A stretch of DNA of 64,000 bases from Deferribacterales bacterium (GTDB taxonomy: Bacteria > Chrysiogenota > Deferribacteres > Deferribacterales > Geovibrionaceae), in assembly GCA_050251875.1 (NCBI GenBank), contig JBFWMA010000003.1, positions 1-64,000 on the forward strand, given 5' to 3'. This document shows, piece by piece, positions 29,863-39,197 of the stretch; positions within the stretch are counted from its first letter, which is position 1, and each line of letters starts with the position of its first letter. The position numbers and the translations under genes are program-made. Under the pieces are notes generated by a model. The model had not been told where the DNA came from. It saw only the letters and a list, made by a program, of their open reading frames with translations, and searched no databases.

Positions 29863-30640
29863 TGAAAAATACATAGCTGACGCTTACGCCGCGATTCAGG
29901 CTTTTCTGGAAGCGGACGGGACGGAGGCAATTCTCCGCCGGATGATAACCCCGTCTGAAAAATATATATGCGTGCTCAGCGACAAGGACAACGAACACAA
30001 CGCAGAAAGATATATTGAAGAATTCATTAAGCTGAACAGCGGATTTCACTTCCTGCTCATCACCAATGCACCGGAACAGCCGACTATGATCCGTGATAAC
30101 TACATTAGAGCAGGACGCAATTTTTTCACTGCCGCTGTTAAGACAGCCGATATCGAGGCTTTTGTAAAAGTCAACAGTACTGTTTCCATTCTGCCGGATA
30201 TTAACGCTCATGTCTTCTGGGTGCCTGGCGGAGTTTTCGGCGGTGTTACGGCTTATGATCAGTTCATGCAGACATACAGCGGCATGATACAGCACTCCCC
30301 TGAAGCGGTTTTTCAGAGAATGGTTTTGTTTATCCAGAGAATGGGACTGAGTGAATACAAGTCAGAACTTCATGAAGCATACGCAATGTTCGAAAAAGGG
30401 CTCATATCTCCGGAAATGTTACTGGAAAACTATTATAATATAAGAACCGAAATCATGGCAAAAGAGTGCGGCGATCTGTTCAAAAATGACGACCACAAAA
30501 AGATAGACGCTCTTGTTCAGCTTGTTAAGACAAACTTCCGGATAATCACCCACAACAATAACAAGAGCGAATGGCTCACATATCAGACCAAAACCTATGC
30601 CGAATCTTTCATAAAAGCTGCCGTGTCAGGCTCTTGTTGA
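29855..30640 (+). CDS. Hypothetical protein
   Basis: Long ORF overlapping the sulfotransferase stop; no motif recognised. Confidence 0.55.
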   Translation: MNNEKYIADAYAAIQAFLEADGTEAILRRMITPSEKYICVLSDKDNEHNAERYIEEFIKLNSGFHFLLITNAPEQPTMIRDNYIRAGRNFFTAAVKTADIEAFVKVNSTVSILPDINAHVFWVPGGVFGGVTAYDQFMQTYSGMIQHSPEAVFQRMVLFIQRMGLSEYKSELHEAYAMFEKGLISPEMLLENYYNIRTEIMAKECGDLFKNDDHKKIDALVQLVKTNFRIITHNNNKSEWLTYQTKTYAESFIKAAVSGSC

Positions 30641-31312
30641 GTCCTTCAGCACCGCGTTGAAAAGACCGAGCTGAGACTGATGCACCTTTAAAGGTTCCTG
30701 TCTCTTCTCCGGAAGAAGTCTCGCCAGAGCAAAACCGCCCCACATTGACCTCGCCTCAGCCGTGTCAAAAGCATCGTAATGATATACTCCGGGGACAAAA
30801 TCCACTTCTACGGTATCGACATACGGACATGCACCCCAGTCAGCCCCCGTTATGCCTTTTCTGCATCCGGGATTAAATGAGTCGTGGCAGATGATGAACA
30901 TTTCGGACAGCGGAACATAACTGTTCAGGATATTGTTGATGTCTGTACGGACACCGTTTTCGCTGTGGTCTCCGTCTATCAGGATAAAATCGAGCGCAAC
31001 GCCCCTTTTGTTAAGATCCTTCAGAAAATCAGGGAGCAGTTTTTTAGAATCCCCGACAATAAATTCCACATTGCCGTAAAGACCTTCCAGATTCTTCTTC
31101 GGCTCGTCAGTTATATCCATGGAGTATACTTTCTGAGAAAACTCGGACAGAACCTGAAGACTGCCGCCCTTATATGTGCCTATTTCCAGAGCTGTTTTAG
31201 GCGCTATTTTTTTTATAAAAGTGTGAAATGTGATCTTTTCTATACGAGTCATCTGCCAGTGGCGCTGATATCCATCGCATATGAATGTTGGTGAATTGGG
31301 ATCTGACTGCAT
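30626..31312 (-). CDS. Class I SAM-dependent methyltransferase (Methyltransf_24-like)
   Basis: LEIGTYKGGS, GDS, DFILIDGDHS, ICHD. Confidence 0.85.
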   Translation of the reverse strand: MQSDPNSPTFICDGYQRHWQMTRIEKITFHTFIKKIAPKTALEIGTYKGGSLQVLSEFSQKVYSMDITDEPKKNLEGLYGNVEFIVGDSKKLLPDFLKDLNKRGVALDFILIDGDHSENGVRTDINNILNSYVPLSEMFIICHDSFNPGCRKGITGADWGACPYVDTVEVDFVPGVYHYDAFDTAEARSMWGGFALARLLPEKRQEPLKVHQSQLGLFNAVLKDSTRA

Positions 31313-31331
31313 AGTATCCTCTCTTATGTTG

Positions 31332-32423
31332 TTAATTCTTTGCTGATATGCTCAGTTTATCAGGCTTCAGAACGAATGAATACCCGTCAGCCAGAACTTC
31401 CTGAGCTTTCATAATTCTTTTCATCACCGTCTCATGGTCAACCTTAGGCTGTATATCCACCGCCTTAGTATACTCTCTCTCCTGATATATGAAAAGAGAC
31501 GCCGAATAAAACTGATAAGTCTTTAATATATCAAGTGTATCATCAAAATCTTTTTCTGTCTCCGATGGAAAGCCGACCAGCACATGATAATGAAAATGTA
31601 TGCGGTTTCTCACCAGAGCGCCGACAACATTCAGAATATCCTCTTTGGCATAGCCTCTGTTCATCAGATTCAGAACACGGCTGCTGCCCGACTGAAACGC
31701 CACCACCATGCTCGTCAGCATTTTTTTGCTCAGGAATTTTTCCAGACGCTCCATGTCTCTGGCAAGATATTTTATGTTCAGTTCAAAGATATTAACGTTA
31801 AATTTCCTCTCTATCCCCGCCACCGCTTCCAGCAGATCAAAAACGGTAAGACCGATATCAGAGCCATAGGCGCCTACATCGTCCCCCACCAGATTAATAT
31901 AACCGTAACCGCTGTCCAGCCCCTTGTTGATTTCGGCGAGTATCTCCGGCAGGGATTTGCTGACTATATCGCCGACAATAATTTTATCGCCGCAGTATGT
32001 GCAGGTGTCCGCGCATCCTCTGGCAACCATCACAGAAAAAGAACCGGATGACGAAAAGAACTGATTCTGTTCGTCTGCTTCCGCAAAGAGGGTATCCACA
32101 GCGAAATCTTTATCCAGCATGCTCAGATTTTCCAGCGGAATTATTCTGTCATCGGAAAAGCCCATTTTTCTCAGCTTTTCGCCGGATGTTTTCGCCAGCC
32201 CCTCAATGACATAAATATCCTGATGCTTCATCTCGCCCAGAACCCTGAGCCCTTCCTCTTCTCTGAATGTATTAAACGAACATCCGAAGAAAAAAACGGC
32301 GTCACTGTCTTCTATTCTGTCTGTCAGCAGATGCCCGTTAGACTCCAGATATGATCTGACTTTTGAAATATCCAGCTGTCTTCTGGCGCATATTCCTTCC
32401 AGATGAAAAAATACCTTTTTCAT
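31332..32423 (-). CDS. MiaB/RimO-like radical SAM protein lacking the TRAM domain
   Basis: UPF0004-like N-terminus, VARGCADTCTYC, DVGAYGSD, FQSGSSRVLNLMNRGY, VGFPSETEKDF. Confidence 0.8.
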   Translation of the reverse strand: MKKVFFHLEGICARRQLDISKVRSYLESNGHLLTDRIEDSDAVFFFGCSFNTFREEEGLRVLGEMKHQDIYVIEGLAKTSGEKLRKMGFSDDRIIPLENLSMLDKDFAVDTLFAEADEQNQFFSSSGSFSVMVARGCADTCTYCGDKIIVGDIVSKSLPEILAEINKGLDSGYGYINLVGDDVGAYGSDIGLTVFDLLEAVAGIERKFNVNIFELNIKYLARDMERLEKFLSKKMLTSMVVAFQSGSSRVLNLMNRGYAKEDILNVVGALVRNRIHFHYHVLVGFPSETEKDFDDTLDILKTYQFYSASLFIYQEREYTKAVDIQPKVDHETVMKRIMKAQEVLADGYSFVLKPDKLSISAKN

Positions 32424-33061
32424 GAAAATACCCGCATAAAATTATTAAGGTGCAGCCCGTTCAGATGGGAAAGCATATTGTCGTTTTCCGTCAGCCTGCG
32501 CATTATTTCTCTATAATAATCAAAAAGATATGGATATTTACCTATTCTTAAGGAAACTCTTTTGAAAAGGTTAACCGGCATGTCTCCGGTATTAAGCCGG
32601 AAATATGTCATCCCGTCAAAAAGCGGCTCCAGATATCCGTCATTATCCGGATTCGGATTCTGCTTTTTATCATAAAAATATTTCTTTTCTGTTTCAGCCA
32701 GCTTCATCATGTTGACTATAACGGACAGCATCAGAGCGGCGCATCCGTCTTCGCCCTCAGCATAATCAGCCAGAGTGTCCATTATAGAAACGATCCATCT
32801 GATGTTGAGCTCTTTAGACAAAAAAGCGCTTTCTGACTTAACGATGTCATAAAAAGCCTTAAAATCAGCCTCGATATTGATTTCTCTTCTGATTGACACA
32901 ATAAGTTTAGCGGTTTCATAGGCGAGAGCCGACAGCCCGGCAAAATCGTTTTTCATCATTTCGAAATGCCTGCCGAGATCTTTGTCGTATAATCCGCTGA
33001 GATTTTCCGCAGGCTCCACTTTTTCTGTTTTCAGCCGTGAGATGTCTTCAGGACTGAACAT
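32420..33061 (-). CDS. Hypothetical protein of the glycan island
   Basis: ORF overlaps both neighbours; likely start ATG 33061 (track gives 33127); motif-like LNIRWIVSIMDTLAD. Confidence 0.6.
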   Translation of the reverse strand: MFSPEDISRLKTEKVEPAENLSGLYDKDLGRHFEMMKNDFAGLSALAYETAKLIVSIRREINIEADFKAFYDIVKSESAFLSKELNIRWIVSIMDTLADYAEGEDGCAALMLSVIVNMMKLAETEKKYFYDKKQNPNPDNDGYLEPLFDGMTYFRLNTGDMPVNLFKRVSLRIGKYPYLFDYYREIMRRLTENDNMLSHLNGLHLNNFMRVFS

Positions 33062-33638
33062 TATTCGCCTGCCTGAAGCGGATTCCATAATAGATATCCT
33101 GATAGATATATTTAGCGGCTGGAACAAATGTAACTATTCCGCACCCCATATTCTCTTCGGTAAAAATCATTTCGGAGCCGGAAAACTCGGCGGAGATCTT
33201 TTCCATCCACCACTTATCCGGCTTAACTGTGCAGTGGGCATTCTGACCGTCCGGCAGAATCTGAGCGGCTGGGCGTGTGGCTATGTGAAAGAAAGCGTTG
33301 TCACTCAGCGACTTGATATGTCTGATGACGTCCACGCAGTCATCCTCTTTCACATGTTCCATAACGTCTGTGCAGATAACAAGATCGTATCTGCCTTCCG
33401 GCATTCTGCTTATCTCGTCTATGGACGGGTCATACCTGAAACATTTCACGCCTGCGGCTTCCGCAATCCTATCCGCCAGCCTGCTCTGACCGCATCCATA
33501 GTCCAGAACGGTCTTCGCCTGTAAATTTTCTATGATAAACCGGAGCATATGAACAAATCTTACGGAAGTATCGCCGTAAGCCTTGCTTTTGTGCACCTGC
33601 CTGTACTGATTTATAAGATATTCGTTAACCACTGCCAT
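33048..33638 (-). CDS. Class I SAM-dependent methyltransferase
   Basis: VLDYGCG, YDP, DLVICTDVMEHV; GGAGG RBS. Confidence 0.85.
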   Translation of the reverse strand: MAVVNEYLINQYRQVHKSKAYGDTSVRFVHMLRFIIENLQAKTVLDYGCGQSRLADRIAEAAGVKCFRYDPSIDEISRMPEGRYDLVICTDVMEHVKEDDCVDVIRHIKSLSDNAFFHIATRPAAQILPDGQNAHCTVKPDKWWMEKISAEFSGSEMIFTEENMGCGIVTFVPAAKYIYQDIYYGIRFRQANNVQS

Positions 33639-33755
33639 AAAACTAGCCTCCGTAATTAAAAACAGCCTCTGTCCAGTAATTCGTTGAAACCGTTCTATCC
33701 TTATGATAATCTTTTAATTATCTTCAGGGTAACAAATTTCTTTATGGGTTACAGC

Positions 33756-35192
33756 ATGAAAAAGATTCCTGTTTACTTCATTATGCCGAATTTAAGCATC
33801 AGCGGCGTTCTGACCTTCTGCGAAAACGCTATCAACTACATCAATGCGTCCGACAGCGGATACGAAGCGGCGATACTCTACACCGGCACGGATGAAAACG
33901 CCGGAACATGCTCTGTACCGATAGTAAAACTGTCTGAAGGTTACCATTCTATAGAACATAATATCGTCTCTTTAATCAAATTCTTGAACAGCCACGAGAA
34001 GGCGGTCATCATCCCCAACTATATGTTCAGCATGCTCCCCGCCATGGCTTTTCTGCACAAAGGCATCATGCGGTTTTTCATCCTGCACAGTGACGAACAG
34101 GTATATTACGACTCCGCACGGCTGATGTGCAGCTATTTCGACACGATAGTCTGCGTCAGCGGATACATAGAGGGAAAACTTGTCGCCGCCGACCCATATC
34201 TTAAGGCGAAATCGAGCGTGATCCCATACGGAATAGACATCCCGGACAGCATGCCCGAAAAAAGCGGGCAGAACCCCATCAACATCATATACACAGGCAG
34301 ACTGCTGGAATATCAGAAAAGAGTCTCCCGGCTGGCGGAGATCGTCCTCAAGCTGGACGAAAAGACCCGTGACTACAGATTCGTCTTCGTGGGTGACGGA
34401 TCCAGCGCGCCGATGCTGAAACAGTCGCTGGCTCAGCAGGTGGACAGAGGCAACGTGCTTTTCACCGGAAGAGTCGGCAGAGAAGAGATAAACAGCTATC
34501 TTTCCGAGGCGGAGATTTTCGTCCTCACATCAGATTTCGAGGGAACCCCGCTGTCTCTTCTGGAGGCGATGGCATACGGCTGTGTTCCGGTGGTTAACCG
34601 CATAGAGAGCGGCATACCCGAGGTGATAGACAACGGAATGAACGGATTCATCATAGACGACTGTGTCATTGATGATTTCGTGGGCAGGATAATAGAGCTC
34701 AAAGATGACAGAAAACGGCTCTCATCTATGGCTGACAGAGCATATCAGAAGGCTGTCAGCGATTATTCCACACAGGTCATGAGCAGACGCTTTCTGGCAC
34801 TGTTCGACCGCTTCTTCGATTCTTGCCCGGCAGAGAGCAAACCGGCAGAGTTCAGCACAGAACCCTTCTCCTTCATCGTTCCCTGGCTCTATGAGCCGAA
34901 GATGGTCAGCCTGCTGAAATTTTTCGACAGGGTGGCGATATTCGGATGCGGAGCGGCAGGAAAAGCGACTCTCGACTTTATGAACGAGCTGTTCCCCGGA
35001 AAATGCGTTATGATGATAGATGACAATTTCAAAGACAAATTCTGGGGGCTGGACGTGGTTACCACCGAGGCTTTCTTAAATAACCATGAAGAAGAAGTAG
35101 ACATGGTGGTGTTCGGCGGACATCAGAAGATAAACCCTGCCCTGACTGAAAAGACTAAAAAACCCTTCATGAAACTGGATAATATCGTATGA
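33756..35192 (+). CDS. GT4 glycosyltransferase with extra C-terminal Rossmann-like domain
   Basis: YTGRL..QKR, SDFEGTPLSLLEAMAYG (EX7E); C-terminal AIFGCGAAG..IDD. Start uncertain. Confidence 0.88.
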   Translation: MKKIPVYFIMPNLSISGVLTFCENAINYINASDSGYEAAILYTGTDENAGTCSVPIVKLSEGYHSIEHNIVSLIKFLNSHEKAVIIPNYMFSMLPAMAFLHKGIMRFFILHSDEQVYYDSARLMCSYFDTIVCVSGYIEGKLVAADPYLKAKSSVIPYGIDIPDSMPEKSGQNPINIIYTGRLLEYQKRVSRLAEIVLKLDEKTRDYRFVFVGDGSSAPMLKQSLAQQVDRGNVLFTGRVGREEINSYLSEAEIFVLTSDFEGTPLSLLEAMAYGCVPVVNRIESGIPEVIDNGMNGFIIDDCVIDDFVGRIIELKDDRKRLSSMADRAYQKAVSDYSTQVMSRRFLALFDRFFDSCPAESKPAEFSTEPFSFIVPWLYEPKMVSLLKFFDRVAIFGCGAAGKATLDFMNELFPGKCVMMIDDNFKDKFWGLDVVTTEAFLNNHEEEVDMVVFGGHQKINPALTEKTKKPFMKLDNIV

Positions 35193-36004
35193 GCAAAAAA
35201 CTTGACGCTGTCTTCACCATCGACAAAAACTATATAGTCCACTTTTCCACAGCGCTCCTGTCGCTTCTGGAAAACAACCAAGACATCGCTTTCAGAATTT
35301 TTCTGATATATGACGGAGACAGAGACGACCTGAACCAGGTATCAGCATTTTTCAGAGAGAAATACGGCACAGACATCACCGTGCTGAATATAGACCCATC
35401 CCTCTTCAAAGATTTCCGGATAACACACCACATACAGCACGCCACATATTTCCGGCTGTGCATGGCGGATATCCTGCCTTCTGATGTGGACAAAGCGCTC
35501 TATCTGGACAGCGATCTGGTGGTGGACGGCAGTGTCTCCGATCTGGCTGATATCCAGATGGGTGACGAATATCTTCACGGAGTTGAGCATAATTTTAAAC
35601 TGAAATATAAACTGCATCTGGCGCTGTTCGGCATCCCGCCGGAATCGGATTATTTCAATGCCGGAGTCATGCTGATAAATCTGAAAAGATGGCGTCAGGA
35701 AGGACTCACCAAAAAGCTGATGGCTTTCGCTCTGGAAAAAAAGGACGATATCCTGTGGTGGGATCAGGATGTGCTGAACATCCTCCTGCGTGACGGCTGG
35801 AAAAAGATGCACCCGAAATTCAACTACATCTGGGAGATCATGGAATCCGAATCAGACGAGAAGGTAATTAAAGAGGCTCAGGCGGAGCCGGTCATTATAC
35901 ACTACACCCGTTCGGTGAAACCCTGGCACTCCAACAGCTATCACCCCCACAGAGATATTTATCACAAATACAGGGCGATGGTGCCCTTCGGAGATGATAT
36001 ATGA
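35189..36004 (+). CDS. GT8 glycosyltransferase
   Basis: ATYFRL, LYLDSD, YFNAGVMLINL, DQDVLN, IIHYT..KPW. Confidence 0.93.
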   Translation: MSKKLDAVFTIDKNYIVHFSTALLSLLENNQDIAFRIFLIYDGDRDDLNQVSAFFREKYGTDITVLNIDPSLFKDFRITHHIQHATYFRLCMADILPSDVDKALYLDSDLVVDGSVSDLADIQMGDEYLHGVEHNFKLKYKLHLALFGIPPESDYFNAGVMLINLKRWRQEGLTKKLMAFALEKKDDILWWDQDVLNILLRDGWKKMHPKFNYIWEIMESESDEKVIKEAQAEPVIIHYTRSVKPWHSNSYHPHRDIYHKYRAMVPFGDDI

Positions 36005-36969
36005 GCACAGTGCTGGTGGTCGGCGGCGCCGGATATATAGGCAGCCACGCGGTGAAAGAGCTGAACAGGCAGGGACACTCCACGATAGTTCTGGACAGCC
36101 TGATATACGGCCACAGAGAGGCAGTCAGCTCCGGTGTTTTCATACACGGGGACATGGCGGACAGCGCTCTTCTGGATAAAATCTTCTCAGAAAATAAAAT
36201 AGACGCGGTGATGCACTTCGCGGCTTTCGCCTATGTAGGCGAATCCGTCACAGATCCCGAAAAATATTATTTCAACAACGTGGCGAACACACTGAACCTG
36301 CTGGCAGCCATGCGGAAACACGGATGCCTGAACTTCATCTTCTCCTCCACCTGCGCCACATACGGCGTTCCCGTGGAGATGCCCATCACCGAGGATCATC
36401 CCCAGAACCCCATCAACCCGTACGGACGGACAAAACTGATGGTGGAGAACATAATAAAAGATTTCAGCCATGCCTACGGGCTTAAATACATGATATTCAG
36501 ATATTTCAACGCCGCCGGAGCCGATCCGGAGGGAGGAATAGGCGAAGACCACGACCCTGAGACCCATCTGATCCCTCTGGTGCTCAGAGCCGCCATGAAA
36601 AACGGCACGGTAAAGATTTTCGGCACGGATTACGAGACTCCGGACGGAACCTGCGTCAGAGACTATATCCATGTCACCGATCTGGCTTCCGCCCATATTC
36701 TGGGGCTCGAAAGACTGCTGAGCGGCGGAGACAGCGATATATTCAATCTTGGCAACGGAAACGGGTATTCCGTGAAAGAGGTCATCGACTGCGCTGAAAA
36801 AATCACGGGAAAGAAGATAAAAGCGGAAGCAGAAGGCAGACGCGCCGGAGACCCGCCCGTTCTGGTGGGCGATGCCGAAAGAGCTGTCTCAGCGCTGGGC
36901 TGGAAACCACGCTTCGCCACACTGGAAGAGATAATCTCCACAGCATGGAGCTGGCACAAAAACAGATGA
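36001..36969 (+). CDS. galE: UDP-glucose 4-epimerase
   Basis: GGAGYIGSH, FSSTCATYG, YGRTK, RYFNAAGA, DGTCVRDYIHV. Confidence 0.96.
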   Translation: MSTVLVVGGAGYIGSHAVKELNRQGHSTIVLDSLIYGHREAVSSGVFIHGDMADSALLDKIFSENKIDAVMHFAAFAYVGESVTDPEKYYFNNVANTLNLLAAMRKHGCLNFIFSSTCATYGVPVEMPITEDHPQNPINPYGRTKLMVENIIKDFSHAYGLKYMIFRYFNAAGADPEGGIGEDHDPETHLIPLVLRAAMKNGTVKIFGTDYETPDGTCVRDYIHVTDLASAHILGLERLLSGGDSDIFNLGNGNGYSVKEVIDCAEKITGKKIKAEAEGRRAGDPPVLVGDAERAVSALGWKPRFATLEEIISTAWSWHKNR

Positions 36970-37035
36970 TTCCCGCTATTAATATTCTCATGTTTTGACC
37001 GATTATATATTGAAAAACCACACAAGGAAAAAACT

Positions 37036-38142
37036 TTGAGTCAGTACAATATAGAAGACATATCATACACCATCACAGAATACTGCCCCGGTCCCTGCCG
37101 ATACTGCTCCATCTGGAAACAGAAGGATAGAAGAGGCGAGGAGCTGACCCAGGCGGAGCTGGACAGCGTTTTTTCATCAAAGCATCTTAATCTGAAAAAA
37201 GTACACCTCACAGGCGGCGAACCGCACATGAGCGACACATACTTCCGTGTGGTGGACAGCATATACAAATATCACAACGAAGTGGTGATAGACTCCCCCA
37301 TCACCGGATGGTTTCCCGACAGACATGTGGAGGTGGCGGAATACGTTCTGAAAAAGCACCCCCTCTATCGCCTGGACATATCCCTGGACGGCGATGAGAA
37401 GACCAACGCCCTCATCCGCCTGCGCAAGGACGGTTTCAAAACATCGCTGGAAACAGTGGAAAGACTGAAAAAGCTGAAAGGAATGGTGCTGAGATTCCAG
37501 TTCACCATTTATAAAGAGAACCTGCACCAGATAGAGTGGATATACAACTTCGCCAAAGAGATGGGCGTGGGGCTCTACATCGGATACGGACGATACAGCA
37601 GTGAAAGATATAAGAATACTCAGGACAATCTGGAGAACTGCCCCCTTTCCAAAGAGAGCTTCTTCTGGACTGATGACGAGCTGAAACAGATAGACGAACA
37701 GCTCAGAAAGATCGGATACGACCAGAGCAGGTACAAGAGCAAATATCTGCTGCAAAAGGCTGTCTATGAGGGGCAGAAAATAGATTTCGACTGTTTCATG
37801 GGCAGACGAAGCATAGATGTTGACCCATACGGAAACATCTTCCCCTGTCTTCTCTGGCTGGACTATCTGAAGCTGGGCAATATCAGAGAGGCGGGAAGTT
37901 TTGACGCCGTTCTGGAGAGCGAAACAGCCCTGAGAGTTTTAAGCGATATAGAGAATAAAAGATGCCATCCCGACTGTCTCTACACCTGCGCCAACAAAAT
38001 GAAACTGATAAATCCGGAGATACCGGCCGTGGGGATGATAAACTACGGCGCTTCGAAATACGGCTATATTTTCAGTGACATAGACGTCATAAAGATACAC
38101 CCGTGGTGGTATGACGAATATGTCGAGAGAGGCATACTTTGA
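37036..38142 (+). CDS. Radical SAM protein with SPASM/twitch domain
   Basis: CPGPCRYC, TGGEP, ISLDG, CFMG..DPYGNIFPC..CHPDCLYTC; TTG start. Confidence 0.85.
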   Translation: MSQYNIEDISYTITEYCPGPCRYCSIWKQKDRRGEELTQAELDSVFSSKHLNLKKVHLTGGEPHMSDTYFRVVDSIYKYHNEVVIDSPITGWFPDRHVEVAEYVLKKHPLYRLDISLDGDEKTNALIRLRKDGFKTSLETVERLKKLKGMVLRFQFTIYKENLHQIEWIYNFAKEMGVGLYIGYGRYSSERYKNTQDNLENCPLSKESFFWTDDELKQIDEQLRKIGYDQSRYKSKYLLQKAVYEGQKIDFDCFMGRRSIDVDPYGNIFPCLLWLDYLKLGNIREAGSFDAVLESETALRVLSDIENKRCHPDCLYTCANKMKLINPEIPAVGMINYGASKYGYIFSDIDVIKIHPWWYDEYVERGIL

Positions 38143-39197
38143 TCTGGTTCGATCTGGTAACACCTAAATCAGTGATGTTCTTCCGCCCTTTCATCGAAAA
38201 GATAAAAGAGCGGGGAAAAACTGTACTGATTACAGCCCGTGAGGGTGAAGGATATAAAGAGGTGGTTGACCTGCTGAACCTCTATAAGATGGAATTCGTG
38301 AACAGAGGATTTTTCGGCGGGGCGAATCTCGGCGACAAGCTGAAAGCCTCCATCCACCGCCAGCTAGCCCTGATGGAATACATAGAACAGCGCAGCATAA
38401 CCAAGCTGGTGTGTCTGTGCAGTGTGGACGCCAACAGAGTGGCTTTCGGGCTGGGTATTCCGATAGTCAATTTTTATGACATACCGCTTTCCGACTGCAC
38501 AGCTAATTTCAAAAAAGCTCTGCCTCAGGCGAGGCTGACCCTGCCTCTGTCCACCAAGGCTTTCAGACCATATATGGTTCCCCAGACAATCTTTGAAAGG
38601 TTCTCTCTGGAGTCCGACCAGATACACGAATACAACTTTCTGGATGTGGTGGCGTGGCTTCACGATTTCAAACCGTCCAGAGAATTCTTTGACGATTTTC
38701 TGCGTTCCAGAGGACTGGACAAAAACAAAAAGACGATCGTGGTAAGAGAAGAAGAGTTCAAGGCGTCATATGTGGGCAAAAAATATCCCATGCTGTATGA
38801 CGGTCTGAAGATAATAAAAGAGAAGATGAATGTAAATATCATCCTGATTCCCAGATATGAGCCGGAACCGCTTAAGGCGATGTTTCCCTTCGCCACAGTG
38901 GTGGAGGAAAAGATGGTCATCCAGCATCTTCTGGCGTTCGCCGATCTTTTCATCGGCGGCGGCGGCACGCTGAACTCCGAGGCATGCTTCTTCGGCACGC
39001 CCACTATATCCACACGGTCATTCATTTCTCATTATGACAAATTACTGATAGACAACAATCTTATGGAAAAAGCGGATACAAAGGAAGAGCTGGCGGAGAT
39101 ATCAGAAAAAATCATCTCCAAGAGAAACAATCCCAAGGCGCTTTTCGACACCATGACATTCGATCTGGATTCTATAGTAGACGAAATACTTCGTTAG
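38139..39197 (+). CDS. DUF354-family GT-B fold protein
   Basis: IWFDLVTPK, ITARE, FIGGGGTLNSEACFFGTPTIS; TTG start overlapping the upstream stop. Confidence 0.75.
   Translation: MIWFDLVTPKSVMFFRPFIEKIKERGKTVLITAREGEGYKEVVDLLNLYKMEFVNRGFFGGANLGDKLKASIHRQLALMEYIEQRSITKLVCLCSVDANRVAFGLGIPIVNFYDIPLSDCTANFKKALPQARLTLPLSTKAFRPYMVPQTIFERFSLESDQIHEYNFLDVVAWLHDFKPSREFFDDFLRSRGLDKNKKTIVVREEEFKASYVGKKYPMLYDGLKIIKEKMNVNIILIPRYEPEPLKAMFPFATVVEEKMVIQHLLAFADLFIGGGGTLNSEACFFGTPTISTRSFISHYDKLLIDNNLMEKADTKEELAEISEKIISKRNNPKALFDTMTFDLDSIVDEILR

Noticed and set aside
25325..39197. Prophage or integrative element
   Set aside because: No integrase, transposase, phage genes or att-like repeats were seen.
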